NCBI GenBank assembly: GCA_965140785.1
Contig: OZ223514.1
Coordinates: 128,001-192,000 of the forward strand
DNA: 64,000 bases
Direction: 5' to 3'
Source: an uncultured Ruficoccus sp.
Lineage (GTDB): Bacteria > Verrucomicrobiota > Verrucomicrobiia > Opitutales > Cerasicoccaceae
A program made the translations under genes and the position numbers. Positions 19,452 through 30,169 of this stretch are shown here, in pieces; position 1 is the stretch's first letter; every line of letters starts with the position of its first letter. The notes under the pieces are model-generated. The model searched no databases and had not been told where the DNA came from. It was given only the letters and a program-made list of their open reading frames with translations.

Positions 19452-20699
19452 TCAGCTCACGATCATCGTGCTCAGCAGCAGCACGAGGATGAGCAGGAAA
19501 AGGCCCGCCGTGGCGAACTTGACCAGCGCCGCGTGCTTTTGGAAAAACGCGGTCAGGCGCTCATTGCTCAGGCCGAAGAACGCCAGCACGATCACCACCA
19601 GCAGCGGCACGGTAAAGGCCAGGTTGTACAGCACCAGGTAGCCGAAGGCGGCGCTTTTCTGCGTGCCGGTGTGAAACATGTACAGGATGACCGGCGCGTA
19701 CACCTGACCGGTGCAGGCCAGCTCCAGCACGGAGACGACCACCCCGGCCCCGAAGGCTGCCAGCACGACCCGCCGGTGCCGCGCCCCGTGCCGGATGGCG
19801 GCGTTGATGCGCTTGCGCAAAAAGAGCGGGAGCTTCAGGGTGGTTTCACTGAGCCGTCCCCGCAGGCACAGCAGGCCGTCGCGCAGGCTCAGGATGGCCA
19901 GCACGAGCGCCGCCGCCGCGAGTATCCAGTTAAAAATGTCCGCGATCGCTCGGACTGATCCGGCCCGGCTGACCGCCTGGGCGAAGCCTACCCCGAGCGC
20001 GAGGTAGGTCAGGAAGATGGCCAGTGCGAAAGTCAGCCCGACCTGGAGCATCTGCGCGGGCGTGCGGTGGGTCACGTGCAGGTAGGATAGAAAAAACAGG
20101 ATGGTGGCGAAGGCGCAGGGGTTGATGCCGTCGAGCAGCCCGGCCACGAGCACGATCCAGCCCGTCATCCCCTCGAAGCGTTGCCGGATGTTGCTGTCGG
20201 ACTGTTCGAGTCCGGCTGTATCCGAAGATGGATACCATTCGCCGGGTGGGGCGTCGAGGGCGGCGTCGAGCAGTTCCGCCAGCGAGCCGAAGGAGATGGC
20301 GTCGCGCCCAAGCGCCCCGGCCCGTGTGAAAACCGCCGGTGCCAACAGGCGCTGGCTCTCGGGCAAACCAAAATGCTCGGCCAGGGCCTCGTTGAGCTGC
20401 ATGGCGGCGGGGTCTTGGATGTCGTGGCGCTCGATGGCCAGCTCCGGCATGGCCGCGTGCAGTTCCTCCAGCCAGGCCTGCGCCTGTGCGCACTCCCCGC
20501 AGCCGATCTGGTAGAAATACACCACCCGCACTGCATCCTCAGGCAGGGCGGGAACCTCAGAGGCGGTTGCTTCTTCGTGCGGGGTCGCACTTGTGTTTGA
20601 CGCCAGGCCATTCGCACTCGCTGCGTAAATCCAGCCCGGGAAAAACCCGGCCCCGAGCAGCGCGAATAGCAGGCAGACGTGTCGCAGGAAGGTTGGCAT
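19452..20699 (-). CDS. Thioredoxin/glutaredoxin domain fused to CcdA/DsbD-like membrane domain
   Basis: Signal peptide, CGEC, GLLDGINPCAF and ELACTGQVY transmembrane cysteine motifs. Confidence 0.8.
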   Translation of the reverse strand: MPTFLRHVCLLFALLGAGFFPGWIYAASANGLASNTSATPHEEATASEVPALPEDAVRVVYFYQIGCGECAQAQAWLEELHAAMPELAIERHDIQDPAAMQLNEALAEHFGLPESQRLLAPAVFTRAGALGRDAISFGSLAELLDAALDAPPGEWYPSSDTAGLEQSDSNIRQRFEGMTGWIVLVAGLLDGINPCAFATILFFLSYLHVTHRTPAQMLQVGLTFALAIFLTYLALGVGFAQAVSRAGSVRAIADIFNWILAAAALVLAILSLRDGLLCLRGRLSETTLKLPLFLRKRINAAIRHGARHRRVVLAAFGAGVVVSVLELACTGQVYAPVILYMFHTGTQKSAAFGYLVLYNLAFTVPLLVVIVLAFFGLSNERLTAFFQKHAALVKFATAGLFLLILVLLLSTMIVS

Positions 20700-20884
20700 G
20701 GAAACGCCGCATCCTGCAAGGCGTCGAGCGGGAGCGCCAGCCTCAATTATCGCACCTGGGGCGACCTGAGGCGGAGCCGCAGCGAACGGTCGGGGCGGTG
20801 TCCGGGGACGGCTCCCGGACTGGCCACCCGGTTTGACTCGCGCCCAATACTGGCTTAAGTGACAGCGATCCCTCCTCCTCTCTC

Positions 20885-22516
20885 ATGAATCGCGGCTATC
20901 TCTACTTCGTTCTGGCAGCACTGACGCTTTCGATCTGGTTCACCGGGGCTGGCTGGCCCTGGAAAGTCCTGCTCTCGTGGATCGGACTGTCGGCCTTGTA
21001 TTTCGGAATTGGATACATGACCGGGTGGGGCGAGATGATGGCCAAGTCCCGCCATGGCCGCCTGCCCTGGGCGATCAAGGTGGTGCTGCTGCCGGTACTG
21101 ATCGGCGTGGTCGTTTACCACCGCATCGCGAAAAAACTCGACCAGGCCGAGCCGTTGCACCAGATCCGCCCCGGACTTTGGCTGGGCCGGAGGCTGACCC
21201 TCTCCGAAGGCGATCTATTGAAGGAAAACGGGATAACCGCCATCCTCGACGTGACGGCGGAGTTCGATGCGCCGTGCTCGGACTTGCTGGACGAGGACAT
21301 TGCCTATTTGAACATCCCCATCTTCGACCGGCACAAGCCACGCCTCGGACAGGTCGCCGCCGCGGTCAAGTGGATCGCACGTCAGCGCGCGTGTGATCGG
21401 CAGGTGCTGGTGCATTGCGCGCTGGGGCAGGGGCGCTCCGTCACCGTGCTGATGGCCTACCTGCTTTTTTCCGAGCCGTCCCTGAAGCTGGATGAGTTAC
21501 TGAAAGAAATACAGACAATCCGCTCGGTCGCCAACCCCAACCCCCTGCAAATGCGCCTGCTGGAGCGCTTTCAGAACTCCGAGTCCCGCCGTCAGAAGTC
21601 CCGTGCGACGGTCGTTTTCAACCCCGTCTCGGGCAAGCGTGACCCCGAGACAGACCGCGCGCGGCTGGTTGAGCTGCTGGGGCCGTTTTTTAAGCTGAGC
21701 ATCCTCGAAACCCAGCCGGAGGTCGAGGCCACCGACCTCGTCCGGCGGGCGTTGGAGGAGGGAGCCGATCAGGTCATCGCGGCTGGTGGCGATGGGACAG
21801 TGGCGGCGGTGGCCGGCGCCCTGGCCTCGACCGATGTGCCGATGGGGATCATCCCGCGCGGCACCGCCAACTCCCTCGCCATGTGCCTGTACGGCGCGAG
21901 CGTGCAGGTCGATCCGGTCGGTGTCTGCTGTCGGCACATCATCTCCGGAGAGACGCGTCAGATCGATGTCGCCCGCTGCGGCGACAAAACGATGGTGCTG
22001 CTGGCCGGGATCGGGATCGAGGCGGGCATGATTGAGAAAGCCGAGCGCGAAGCCAAAAACCAGTGGGGCGCCCTGGCGTACCTGATCGGGGGCTGGCAGC
22101 AACTGGAGGAGCAGAAGCCCTTCCGGGTGCGGCTGGAGGTGGACGGGCAGGAGGAGACGTTTGAGGCGAGCTGCGTTACCGTGGCCAACGCCGCGCCGCC
22201 CACCTCAGTCTTCGCGCAGGGGAAAGGTTCTCCCGACATGGCCGATGGCCAACTCGATGTGACCGTGGTAACAGACTTTGACTCGCGGGCGCACGCCGTC
22301 GAGACCATGGGAAAACTCTTTCTGGGCACCTACAAGGAGCAGGAGAGCCGTGACCAGACCGTCCGTCACTACCACGGCAAGACCATCCGCGTGGAGACCG
22401 AGCCCGCCCAGCAGTTTATCCTCGACGGGGAAATGGCGGGCGAAACCCCGGTCACGCTAGAGGTCGTGTCCGGCGCGCTCAAGGTCTTCCTCGATGCCGA
22501 CGAGGCGGACGCCTGA
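20885..22516 (+). CDS. Membrane dual-specificity phosphatase fused to diacylglycerol-kinase-family domain
   Basis: N-terminal TMs; LDVTAEF; HCALGQGRS (CX5R); NPVSG, GGDGT, PRGTAN, DGE. Confidence 0.85.
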   Translation: MNRGYLYFVLAALTLSIWFTGAGWPWKVLLSWIGLSALYFGIGYMTGWGEMMAKSRHGRLPWAIKVVLLPVLIGVVVYHRIAKKLDQAEPLHQIRPGLWLGRRLTLSEGDLLKENGITAILDVTAEFDAPCSDLLDEDIAYLNIPIFDRHKPRLGQVAAAVKWIARQRACDRQVLVHCALGQGRSVTVLMAYLLFSEPSLKLDELLKEIQTIRSVANPNPLQMRLLERFQNSESRRQKSRATVVFNPVSGKRDPETDRARLVELLGPFFKLSILETQPEVEATDLVRRALEEGADQVIAAGGDGTVAAVAGALASTDVPMGIIPRGTANSLAMCLYGASVQVDPVGVCCRHIISGETRQIDVARCGDKTMVLLAGIGIEAGMIEKAEREAKNQWGALAYLIGGWQQLEEQKPFRVRLEVDGQEETFEASCVTVANAAPPTSVFAQGKGSPDMADGQLDVTVVTDFDSRAHAVETMGKLFLGTYKEQESRDQTVRHYHGKTIRVETEPAQQFILDGEMAGETPVTLEVVSGALKVFLDADEADA

Positions 22517-22564
22517 GTGGCTGCGCCCGTTATCTGTTTTTAACGGGAGGCAACGGGCTTGGGC

Positions 22565-24211
22565 TCAGTCCTCCCGGTCTTTATACAAAAGGAAGCTGGC
22601 GGCATGGCCAGCGGAGCCTGACGCGGTCTTGAGCAGGAAACGGTTTTTCCCGGCGCGCAGCTTTACGGGGAGAAAGTTCGGGTCGCGGACGGCGCCGTGC
22701 ATCCCGTCGAGCTCGCCCGCCAACTCGCCGTTGACCCAGAGCCGCGCGTAGTAATCGACCCGCAGCACGAGCATGCCGTCAGTGGCTTCGGGCAAGTCGG
22801 CTTCGAAGGCGACATAGGTCACGGCGGGTGCTTGGTTGCCGCTTAGCTCGCGAAAGTCGGTCATGTCGCCGGGCTTGCCGGTCGCAGCGGGCAGGGGCTG
22901 CCAGTTGGCTTCACCGTTTTCGGGGGCGTAGGGGGTTTTTAGCGACGAAAGGGCGTCCGTGGCCGCCGGATCGGCGACCGGGTAGGGGCCGGCCCAGCGT
23001 ACATTGGTGATAGCGACGGGGGTGAGGGCGAACCTACCACGCACGTCGGCGGTGGTGAACGTGTCCTGCGGACTGAGCTGATCGCTGGCGTCGGTTTCGC
23101 CGGCCAGCAGCAGGTAGCCGAGCTCCACCGGGCCGTTCAGCAGCAGCCCGGGATCGGTTTCCGGCGAGAGAACAATGCTCAGCCGGTGAAGCTGCGCGGG
23201 CAGGTCCGAGGCGAGGACCTTGTAGGTGTAGCCGTTGCGGCTGTTCGTCATTCTCAGTTGCGGTTGTTGTCCGTCGATCAGGGTGCAGAAGCTGCCATTG
23301 TTTTCATCAAGGAGATAGAGGAGGCCGACGGTGGTGCCGCGGAATGTCAAACTCAGTTCCGCTCCCGGCTCCTCGGCCTTCAGGCTGCCGTTGAAAAACC
23401 GGCTCCACCAGCCTTTCATCGGCGAGGCGTGGCTCCAGCCGGGTTGGTCCACCACACCGGTCAGCGCCGCCATGCGCCCATCGAGAATCAAGGGGCGGGA
23501 GCTCAGGGGCTTGGGCAGGGTAGGGGAGGGCGTGTTCGCCTTCGCCAGACGATTCAGATACGGGACCAGAGCGTCGCCGATCACCTCGGCGTAAAAGGCG
23601 TGTCCTTTGGCGTTGGGGTGGACGCGGTCGCCGTAAAAGGCTTTCCACGGCTTGTCGCTGGCGGCGAGTTCGGCATCTACCGCTGCCTGAAGGTCCACGT
23701 CCAGCAGGCCGTAGTGCTGGGCCACGCGCCGATGCCGGGCGAGGTTGACGCCGTCTTCAGCGGCGGCTTCCAGAATAACAATGGCCGGGGGCTGCGGCAG
23801 GCTCTTGAGCCGTACGATCAGGCTCTCCATGTAGCGGACGGCTTCCTCGTCGCTGAGGCCCCCGTCGTTGACGCAGTACTCGATCAGGACCAGATCAGGC
23901 TGGTGGGCGATGACGTCCCGTTCGACACGAAAGATACCCAGCTGACTGCCGGTGGCGCTCATGCCCGAATTGATCATTGTCACGTCGCTGTCGGGGAAGT
24001 GCTCCTGCAGCCAAGGGCCGATCCAGCCTTTCCCGGCCTGGGTGATCGACCCGCCCAGTGCTACGCAGCGTAGGGGCGCGCCTGCCTGGGCGCGGGCGAA
24101 GACCTCCGCCACGTCCGCGCCGGGAGCAGGGGTGCCGGCGTGAGAGGCCGGAGCACTCAGAAGTGATCCGGTAAGGGCGAGCAAGTAAATAAGGCGAAAA
24201 GCAGTGCGCAT
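22565..24211 (-). CDS. Secreted SGNH/GDSL hydrolase with extra beta-sandwich domains
   Basis: Signal peptide; GGSIT, GMSATGS, EYCVND, DRVHP blocks. Confidence 0.8.
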   Translation of the reverse strand: MRTAFRLIYLLALTGSLLSAPASHAGTPAPGADVAEVFARAQAGAPLRCVALGGSITQAGKGWIGPWLQEHFPDSDVTMINSGMSATGSQLGIFRVERDVIAHQPDLVLIEYCVNDGGLSDEEAVRYMESLIVRLKSLPQPPAIVILEAAAEDGVNLARHRRVAQHYGLLDVDLQAAVDAELAASDKPWKAFYGDRVHPNAKGHAFYAEVIGDALVPYLNRLAKANTPSPTLPKPLSSRPLILDGRMAALTGVVDQPGWSHASPMKGWWSRFFNGSLKAEEPGAELSLTFRGTTVGLLYLLDENNGSFCTLIDGQQPQLRMTNSRNGYTYKVLASDLPAQLHRLSIVLSPETDPGLLLNGPVELGYLLLAGETDASDQLSPQDTFTTADVRGRFALTPVAITNVRWAGPYPVADPAATDALSSLKTPYAPENGEANWQPLPAATGKPGDMTDFRELSGNQAPAVTYVAFEADLPEATDGMLVLRVDYYARLWVNGELAGELDGMHGAVRDPNFLPVKLRAGKNRFLLKTASGSAGHAASFLLYKDRED

Positions 24212-24315
24212 GGCTGTCGGATAAAAGGAGGGAAGGTCGATGGGGAACGGCTGGGGGATTTGTTCTATGTCCAACCGTCCCTACGCTAACGGGCCTGGAA
24301 AATGGCAGGCAATCT

Positions 24316-25218
24316 TCAATCTTTCAGTGGGCCGGACACCGGCAGCCTGCGCTGGGCGCGCTGCATGAAATTACGGGGCGAGCAGCCGAAGCGGCTCTTG
24401 AAGACACGGGAAAAGTGGTACGGATCCTCGAAGCCGACTTCAAGCGCGGCGGCCTTGACCAAGCTGTTGCGGCGCAGCAGGCAGGCGGCGGCGTGCTCCA
24501 TTTTTAGGCGGACGAGAAACTGGTAGGGCGTCTCCGGAGCGTGGCGTTTGAACAGCCGGGCCAGGTAGGCCGGATCGACGTGGCAACCGCGGGCAGCTTC
24601 CTCCACCGTGCGCAGAGTACGGAAATGATCCCGCAGATAATCACGGCAGCGCTTGAAGGTTCCGTAGCTGCCATTGTCCTCGACCGGGGCGAACTTGGCC
24701 TCCTCGCGCAGTTGGAGCAGAAGCAGTTCCGCCAGCAGACGGCTCATGGCGCGTTGGGTGGCGGGAGGGTAGTGGCCGCAGTCCAGGAGTTGGTCAAGAA
24801 TATCCCGTACCCAACGCGTTTGGATCAGGGTGTGCGGGCGGCCATCTGCCAAGCCGCTGGCCTTGAGTTGGGCCTCGGCCTCGTGTCCGCAAAAGTCCAG
24901 AAATAGCTTGATCAGCCGTTGCCGGGAGGGGAGCGCCCGCAGTTTGTAGGCGGTCTCGGGGCCGTAAGCGAACAGGCTCCCCGCCTCCAGCTGGTAGCGG
25001 TTGCCTGCGATTTCCAGCTCCCACAAACCCGATAAAATGTACTCCACCGCCAGGTACTGGAAGCCGTCCCGGTGGATGAAATAATCGGGCGCGCACTCCT
25101 CGCGCCCGGCGCAGGTCACAGCAAAGGCGGTGCGGGCTGGCGGGCTCAGGTCCACAAAGAGGTACTGGCTGTCCACTACCTGTTGGGAGATGAAGGCGGG
25201 CGCGATTCCGGGTTTCAT
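24316..25218 (-). CDS. AraC-family transcriptional regulator
   Basis: C-terminal double HTH ending VGFEDPYHFSRVFKSRFGCSP. Confidence 0.92.
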   Translation of the reverse strand: MKPGIAPAFISQQVVDSQYLFVDLSPPARTAFAVTCAGREECAPDYFIHRDGFQYLAVEYILSGLWELEIAGNRYQLEAGSLFAYGPETAYKLRALPSRQRLIKLFLDFCGHEAEAQLKASGLADGRPHTLIQTRWVRDILDQLLDCGHYPPATQRAMSRLLAELLLLQLREEAKFAPVEDNGSYGTFKRCRDYLRDHFRTLRTVEEAARGCHVDPAYLARLFKRHAPETPYQFLVRLKMEHAAACLLRRNSLVKAAALEVGFEDPYHFSRVFKSRFGCSPRNFMQRAQRRLPVSGPLKD

Positions 25219-25332
25219 GCTGATTAGGTCTCAAATATCCATCTATGGGTCAAGTTGATCTATTTACGCGGCGGCCCGGTTATGCTAGGTTTTCCCTCCA
25301 CACGGATTAATCTAGCAGAAAGGCCCCTACCG

Positions 25333-26373
25333 ATGAGTCATGCCCTGAGCCAACCCTTTACCTTGGACCCGGACGGTGTCGATCCCTCCACCGTGCCTTT
25401 CCGCGCCCTGAGCACTGGCGCGAAGATGCCTGCCATCGGCGCCGGGACCTTCGGCTCCGATCACGTTAGCCCGGACGAAGTTGCCGGGGCCGTGCGTGGA
25501 GCGATCGCCTGCGGCTATCGTCATCTCGACTGCGCCAGTGTTTATGGCAACGAGGACAGGATCGGAGAGATGCTCAAGGGCGTTTTCCCGGTCATCCCGC
25601 GTAAGGAGTTTTTCATTACATCGAAAGTCTGGAACGACGCGCACGCGCCGGAGGACGTCGCCGCCTCCTGCCGCCAGTCCATCGCCGATCTTGGCTGCGA
25701 GTACCTCGACCTGTATCTGGTGCACTGGCCGTTTCCGAACTTCCACCCGCCGTTTTGCGATGTGGAGAGCCGCTCGCCCGACTCGGTGCCGTTCAGCATC
25801 GAGCGCTTCATGGCCACCTGGCGGGCGATGGAGCAACTGGTGGACGAGGGCCTGGTCAAGGCCATCGGCACCTCCAACGTCACCATCCCGAAGCTGGAGC
25901 TGATCCTGCCGCAGTGCCGCATCCGGCCTGCGGTCAATGAAATGGAGCTGCACCCGCATTTCCAGCAGCCGGAGCTTTTTGACTACGTGCGAGAGCAGGG
26001 TATCGTCGTTGTGGGCTACAGTCCCATCGGCTCGCCCGCCCGTCCCGAGCGCGACAAGACGCCCACGGACACCGTCGATATGGAGGACCCGGTCATGGTG
26101 GAAATCGCTCAGGCGCACGGCATCCACCCGGCCACGCTCTGTGTCAAGTGGGCCGCTCAGCGCGGGCAGGTGCCGATCCCCTTTTCCACCAAAAAGCGCA
26201 ACTACCTGGCCAACCTGCGAAGCATTTGCTCCGATCCGCTCACGGACGAGGAGATGGCGCGCATCGCGGGCATCGACCGGGGCTGCCGCCTGATCAAGGG
26301 GCAGGTCTTCCTCTGGGAGAGCGCCCGCGGCTGGGAGGATCTCTGGGACCTCGACGGCAAGATCGCCCGCTAG
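25333..26373 (+). CDS. Aldo/keto reductase
   Basis: GYRHLDCASVY, TSKVWN, YLDLYLVHWP, IGTSN, ELHP. Confidence 0.92.
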   Translation: MSHALSQPFTLDPDGVDPSTVPFRALSTGAKMPAIGAGTFGSDHVSPDEVAGAVRGAIACGYRHLDCASVYGNEDRIGEMLKGVFPVIPRKEFFITSKVWNDAHAPEDVAASCRQSIADLGCEYLDLYLVHWPFPNFHPPFCDVESRSPDSVPFSIERFMATWRAMEQLVDEGLVKAIGTSNVTIPKLELILPQCRIRPAVNEMELHPHFQQPELFDYVREQGIVVVGYSPIGSPARPERDKTPTDTVDMEDPVMVEIAQAHGIHPATLCVKWAAQRGQVPIPFSTKKRNYLANLRSICSDPLTDEEMARIAGIDRGCRLIKGQVFLWESARGWEDLWDLDGKIAR

Positions 26374-26426
26374 TCCCACATGTATTGAAAATTTAACTAC
26401 ACAAAACCCAAAAGCTTCTTTTCCCC

Positions 26427-27509
26427 ATGTGCTCGACCACTCTTCCTACCTCCATGCAGGGCGCTGTCCTGCCCGGCGACAGCAGCACGCAGCTCCGCTC
26501 CTACGCCGTGCCCACCCCCGGCCACGGCGAGGTCCTGCTCAAGATGAAGGCCTCGACCATCTGCGGGTCGGACATCCGGTGCATTTACCACGAGCACCTG
26601 GGCAAGGGCCCCGAGGGCTACCAGGGCGTCATCGCGGGGCATGAGCCCTGCGGGCAGGTCGTCGCCGTCGGTCCCGGCTGCCGCCAGTACAGGGAAGGCG
26701 ACCGGGCTATTGTTTACCATATTTCCGGCTGCGGCCTGTGCAATGACTGTCGCCGCGGTTACATGATCTCCTGCACGCACCCGACCTACCGCCGTGCATA
26801 CGGCTGGCAACGCGACGGCGGCATGGGCGAGTACATGATCGCCGAGGAGAAGGACTTGATCCACCTGCCCGGGGAGCTTTCCTATGTGGACGGGGCGCAG
26901 GTCGCCTGCGGGTTTGGCACCGTTTACGAGGGGCTGGAAAAGATCGGCATCTGCGGGAACGACGCGGTGCTCATTACCGGCCTTGGCCCGGTCGGCCTGG
27001 CCGCGGGCGCGCTCTGTCGGAAACTGGGCGCGAACAAGATCATCGGTATCGATGTGCTCGACGAGCGCCTGGCCATCGCCAAGGACATGGGCCTCGTGGA
27101 CGAGGCGCTCAAGTCCGGCCCCGACAATGTCGAGCAGGTGCGCTCCCTCACCGGGGGCCACGGTGTCGAGCGCGCGGTGGACTGCTCCGCGCACCATGTG
27201 GCCCGGTTGACCGCCATCCAGGCTACCCGCAAGTGGGGCCGGATCGTGCTCATCGGTGAAGGCGGCAAACTGGAGATGCAGCCTTCGCCAGACATGATCC
27301 ACGACCAGAAGACGCTTTATGGTTCCTGGGTCACCTCGACCTGGCGCATGGAGGAACTGGTCGAGCGCCTCGTGCGCTGGAACCTTCACCCCTCCGACCT
27401 CGTTACCCACCGCTTCCCGCTGGAAAAAGTGGACGAGGCCTACGCCCTCATGGCCTCCGGCAAGTGCGGCAAGGTCGCCGTTTGCTACGACGAGGAACTG
27501 GAGGCGTAG
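26427..27509 (+). CDS. Zinc-dependent (MDR) polyol dehydrogenase, E. coli YphC-like
   Basis: ICGSD, GHEPCG, YHISGCGLCNDC, YGWQRDGG, GSWVTS, YALMASGKCGKV recalled as near-identical to YphC. Confidence 0.85.
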   Translation: MCSTTLPTSMQGAVLPGDSSTQLRSYAVPTPGHGEVLLKMKASTICGSDIRCIYHEHLGKGPEGYQGVIAGHEPCGQVVAVGPGCRQYREGDRAIVYHISGCGLCNDCRRGYMISCTHPTYRRAYGWQRDGGMGEYMIAEEKDLIHLPGELSYVDGAQVACGFGTVYEGLEKIGICGNDAVLITGLGPVGLAAGALCRKLGANKIIGIDVLDERLAIAKDMGLVDEALKSGPDNVEQVRSLTGGHGVERAVDCSAHHVARLTAIQATRKWGRIVLIGEGGKLEMQPSPDMIHDQKTLYGSWVTSTWRMEELVERLVRWNLHPSDLVTHRFPLEKVDEAYALMASGKCGKVAVCYDEELEA

Positions 27510-27746
27510 AGCCTGTAGGCACGCCTGTTCACCTCGCGCCTTCAAATGACGGGATTGAGGGCTATCCCCGCGTGGCCATTCGGTGCGGACGTGGTGAGGC
27601 GCAGAGGTTCTTCCTGTGCGCTTACTTATGCGCCTGCCGCAAGCTCCGGCCTGGGTGCCATCGCACGGCAAATGAGCCTCGCCCGCGAATCAAGCTTTTC
27701 ATGGCAGGGCAATGATGTTTGAGTGTCATTTCTTATTATCAGACTG

Positions 27747-30139
27747 ATGAATAACGAATCTGCTGCTACCTCGCTGACCCTGAACGTTCCTGCCGGCCAG
27801 GATTGGAACTGCGCCCTGCCGGTGGGCAATGGCCGCCTCGGTGCCATGATTTTCGGAAACATTTTGAGCGACCGCATCCAGCTCAACGAGGATTCGGTCT
27901 GGAACGGCGGCCCGCAGCACCGGCATAACCCAGATGCGCAGAAGCACCTGCCGGAGATTCGTCGCCTGCTGGCCCAGGGGCGGCTCTCCCAGGCTCAATC
28001 CCTGACCAACGACGCCCTGGCCGGCATCCCGGACAGCATGCGCTGCTACGAACCGCTGGCCGATCTGCTCTTTTCCCATCAGTACGAGGGAGTCAGGACC
28101 GAGCTTAGCGCGGACGAACTGGCAGACGCCGACAGCATGATCGGGGGGGCGACCGACGCTGAACTGATCGAGGCCTACCGGCGCACGCTGGATATGCGGC
28201 AAGGTGTCGTGAAAACTGAATACACGGTACGTGGCGTCACGTACCGCCGCACGGCTCTGGCGAGCTTTCCGGACCAGGTCGTGCTCGTCCGCTTCGACGC
28301 GGACCAGCCCGGGGCGCTTTCGTTCCGGCTGCGGATGGAGCGCGGCCCGCGCTCGAGCTATTCGACCCGTTTCGCCGACGCCGTGGAGCAGATCGCTACG
28401 GACCGGTTGGGCTTGCGCGGCAAGACGAGCGGCGCCGGGGGGGTGGCCTTTGCCTGTGTCGTCGGGATCAAGGCCGAGGGTGGGGAACAAGTTCGCATCG
28501 GCGACACCCTGATCGTACGGGAAGCCGACGCGGTTACGCTCGCTTTTTCCGCCGCCACGACGTTCCGCGAAAAGGACCCGCTCGCCTATGCCGACGGTCG
28601 TGTCGAGGCAGCTTTGGCCCAGCCGTGGGAAGCCCTCCTGGAGCGGCACGGTGCGGACTTCGAAAAACTTTTCGGGCGAGTCTCACTCACTATGGGTGGC
28701 GAAGACGAGCCGACCGGCGAAGCTTCCGCCGTGGCGGCTCCGCGGGAGGCGGCCCGTTATTTCAACTTCGGGCGCTACCTGATAATTTCCTCCAGCCGCC
28801 CGGGATCGCTGCCGGCTACCTTGCAGGGTATCTGGAACCAGGACTTCTGGCCCTCCTGGGGCTCGAAGTACACGATCAACATCAACCTGGAGATGAACTA
28901 CTGGCCCGTGCTGCCCGGGGACCTGGCCGAGTGTCAGGAACCGCTGACCGAGCTGATCGAGCGCCTGGCGAAAAGCGGAGAGGAAACCGCCCGTATGATG
29001 TACGGCTGTGGCGGCTGGGTGGCCCATCACAACACCGATATCTGGGCGGACTCGTGCCCGACGGACCGCAATCTGGCCGCGACCTACTGGGTCATGGGCG
29101 GGGCGTGGCTGTGCCTCCACCTGTGGGAGCACTATCTGTTTACCCTCGACCGCGAACTGCTCGGGCGTGTCTTTCCGCTGCTCAAGGGGCGCGTGCGAAT
29201 TCTTTTTCGACTTTCTGATTGAGGACGAGCAGGGCCGCCTGGTGGTTTCCCCCAGCGTGTCTCCGGAGAATGTCTATCAGCTTCCGAACGGCGAGTTCGG
29301 CACGCTCTGCCAGGGCACAAGCATGGACAGCCAGATTCTCCACGCGCTGTTCGAAGCCGCCGCCGAGGCCGCTGAGGTGCTGACCATCGAGGCGGACTTT
29401 GCCGCGCAGTGCCGGGCCAGCCTCGAGCGCCTGCCGCAGCCGAAGGTCGGCGCGAACGGGCGCCTGCTTGAATGGCTCAATGAGGATCATGTCGAGATCG
29501 ATCCCGAGCACCGGCACATCTCGCACGCCTTTGCCGTTTATCCGGGTAAGCAAATCACTCCGGCGGCTACGCCGGAGGCCGCCGAAGGACTGCGCCAGAC
29601 GCTCCTGCGTCGCGGCGGGGGTGGTACCGGCTGGGCCATCGCCTGGAAGTCCATCCTCTGGGCCCGCTTGCTCGACGCCAAGCGCGCCGGGGAGCACCTG
29701 GGCGGGCTGCTGCAGAGAACCTCCAGTACAGCCGCGGGCGGGGTGGTCAAGCAGTACACCGGGGGCGGCAGCTACCCGAATCTTTTCTGTGCGCACCCGC
29801 CTTTCCAGATCGACGGTAATTTCGGCGGCTGCACGGCGGTGGCGGAAATGCTCCTGCAAAGCCATGAGCGTGAAGTGCTCGATGGCGAACCGGTTGGCGT
29901 CCTGCGCCTGATGCCCGCGCTCCCCGGAGGGTTGGAGCCGGGGCGAACTGAAGGGACTGCGCGCACGGGGTGACCTGTCGGTGGACCTCAGTTGGGACGA
30001 CGGTAGCCTGACGCAGGTGAAGCTTCGCAGCGGAACTGCTGCCCGCGTCCTCCTCATCTACGGCGAGAGCCGGGAAGTGGTGGAGCTTACAGTCGGGCAG
30101 GTGTGTGTGCTGGATGGCAGGCTGAAAAGCCTGGCCTGA
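27747..30139 (+). CDS. GH95 alpha-L-fucosidase/L-galactosidase, split by extra bases at about 29186 and 29922
   Basis: [60 protein letters not shown]; third frame [14 protein letters not shown]...W to TGA at 30139. Confidence 0.9.
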
Positions 30140-30169
30140 GATTCACCCGACCTCTTTCGCGGTCGCTGC

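Noticed and set aside
27510..27746. IS5-like end (TAGAGCCTGT) and imperfect stem after the Zn dehydrogenase
   Set aside because: No matching second inverted repeat, target duplication or transposase fragment found
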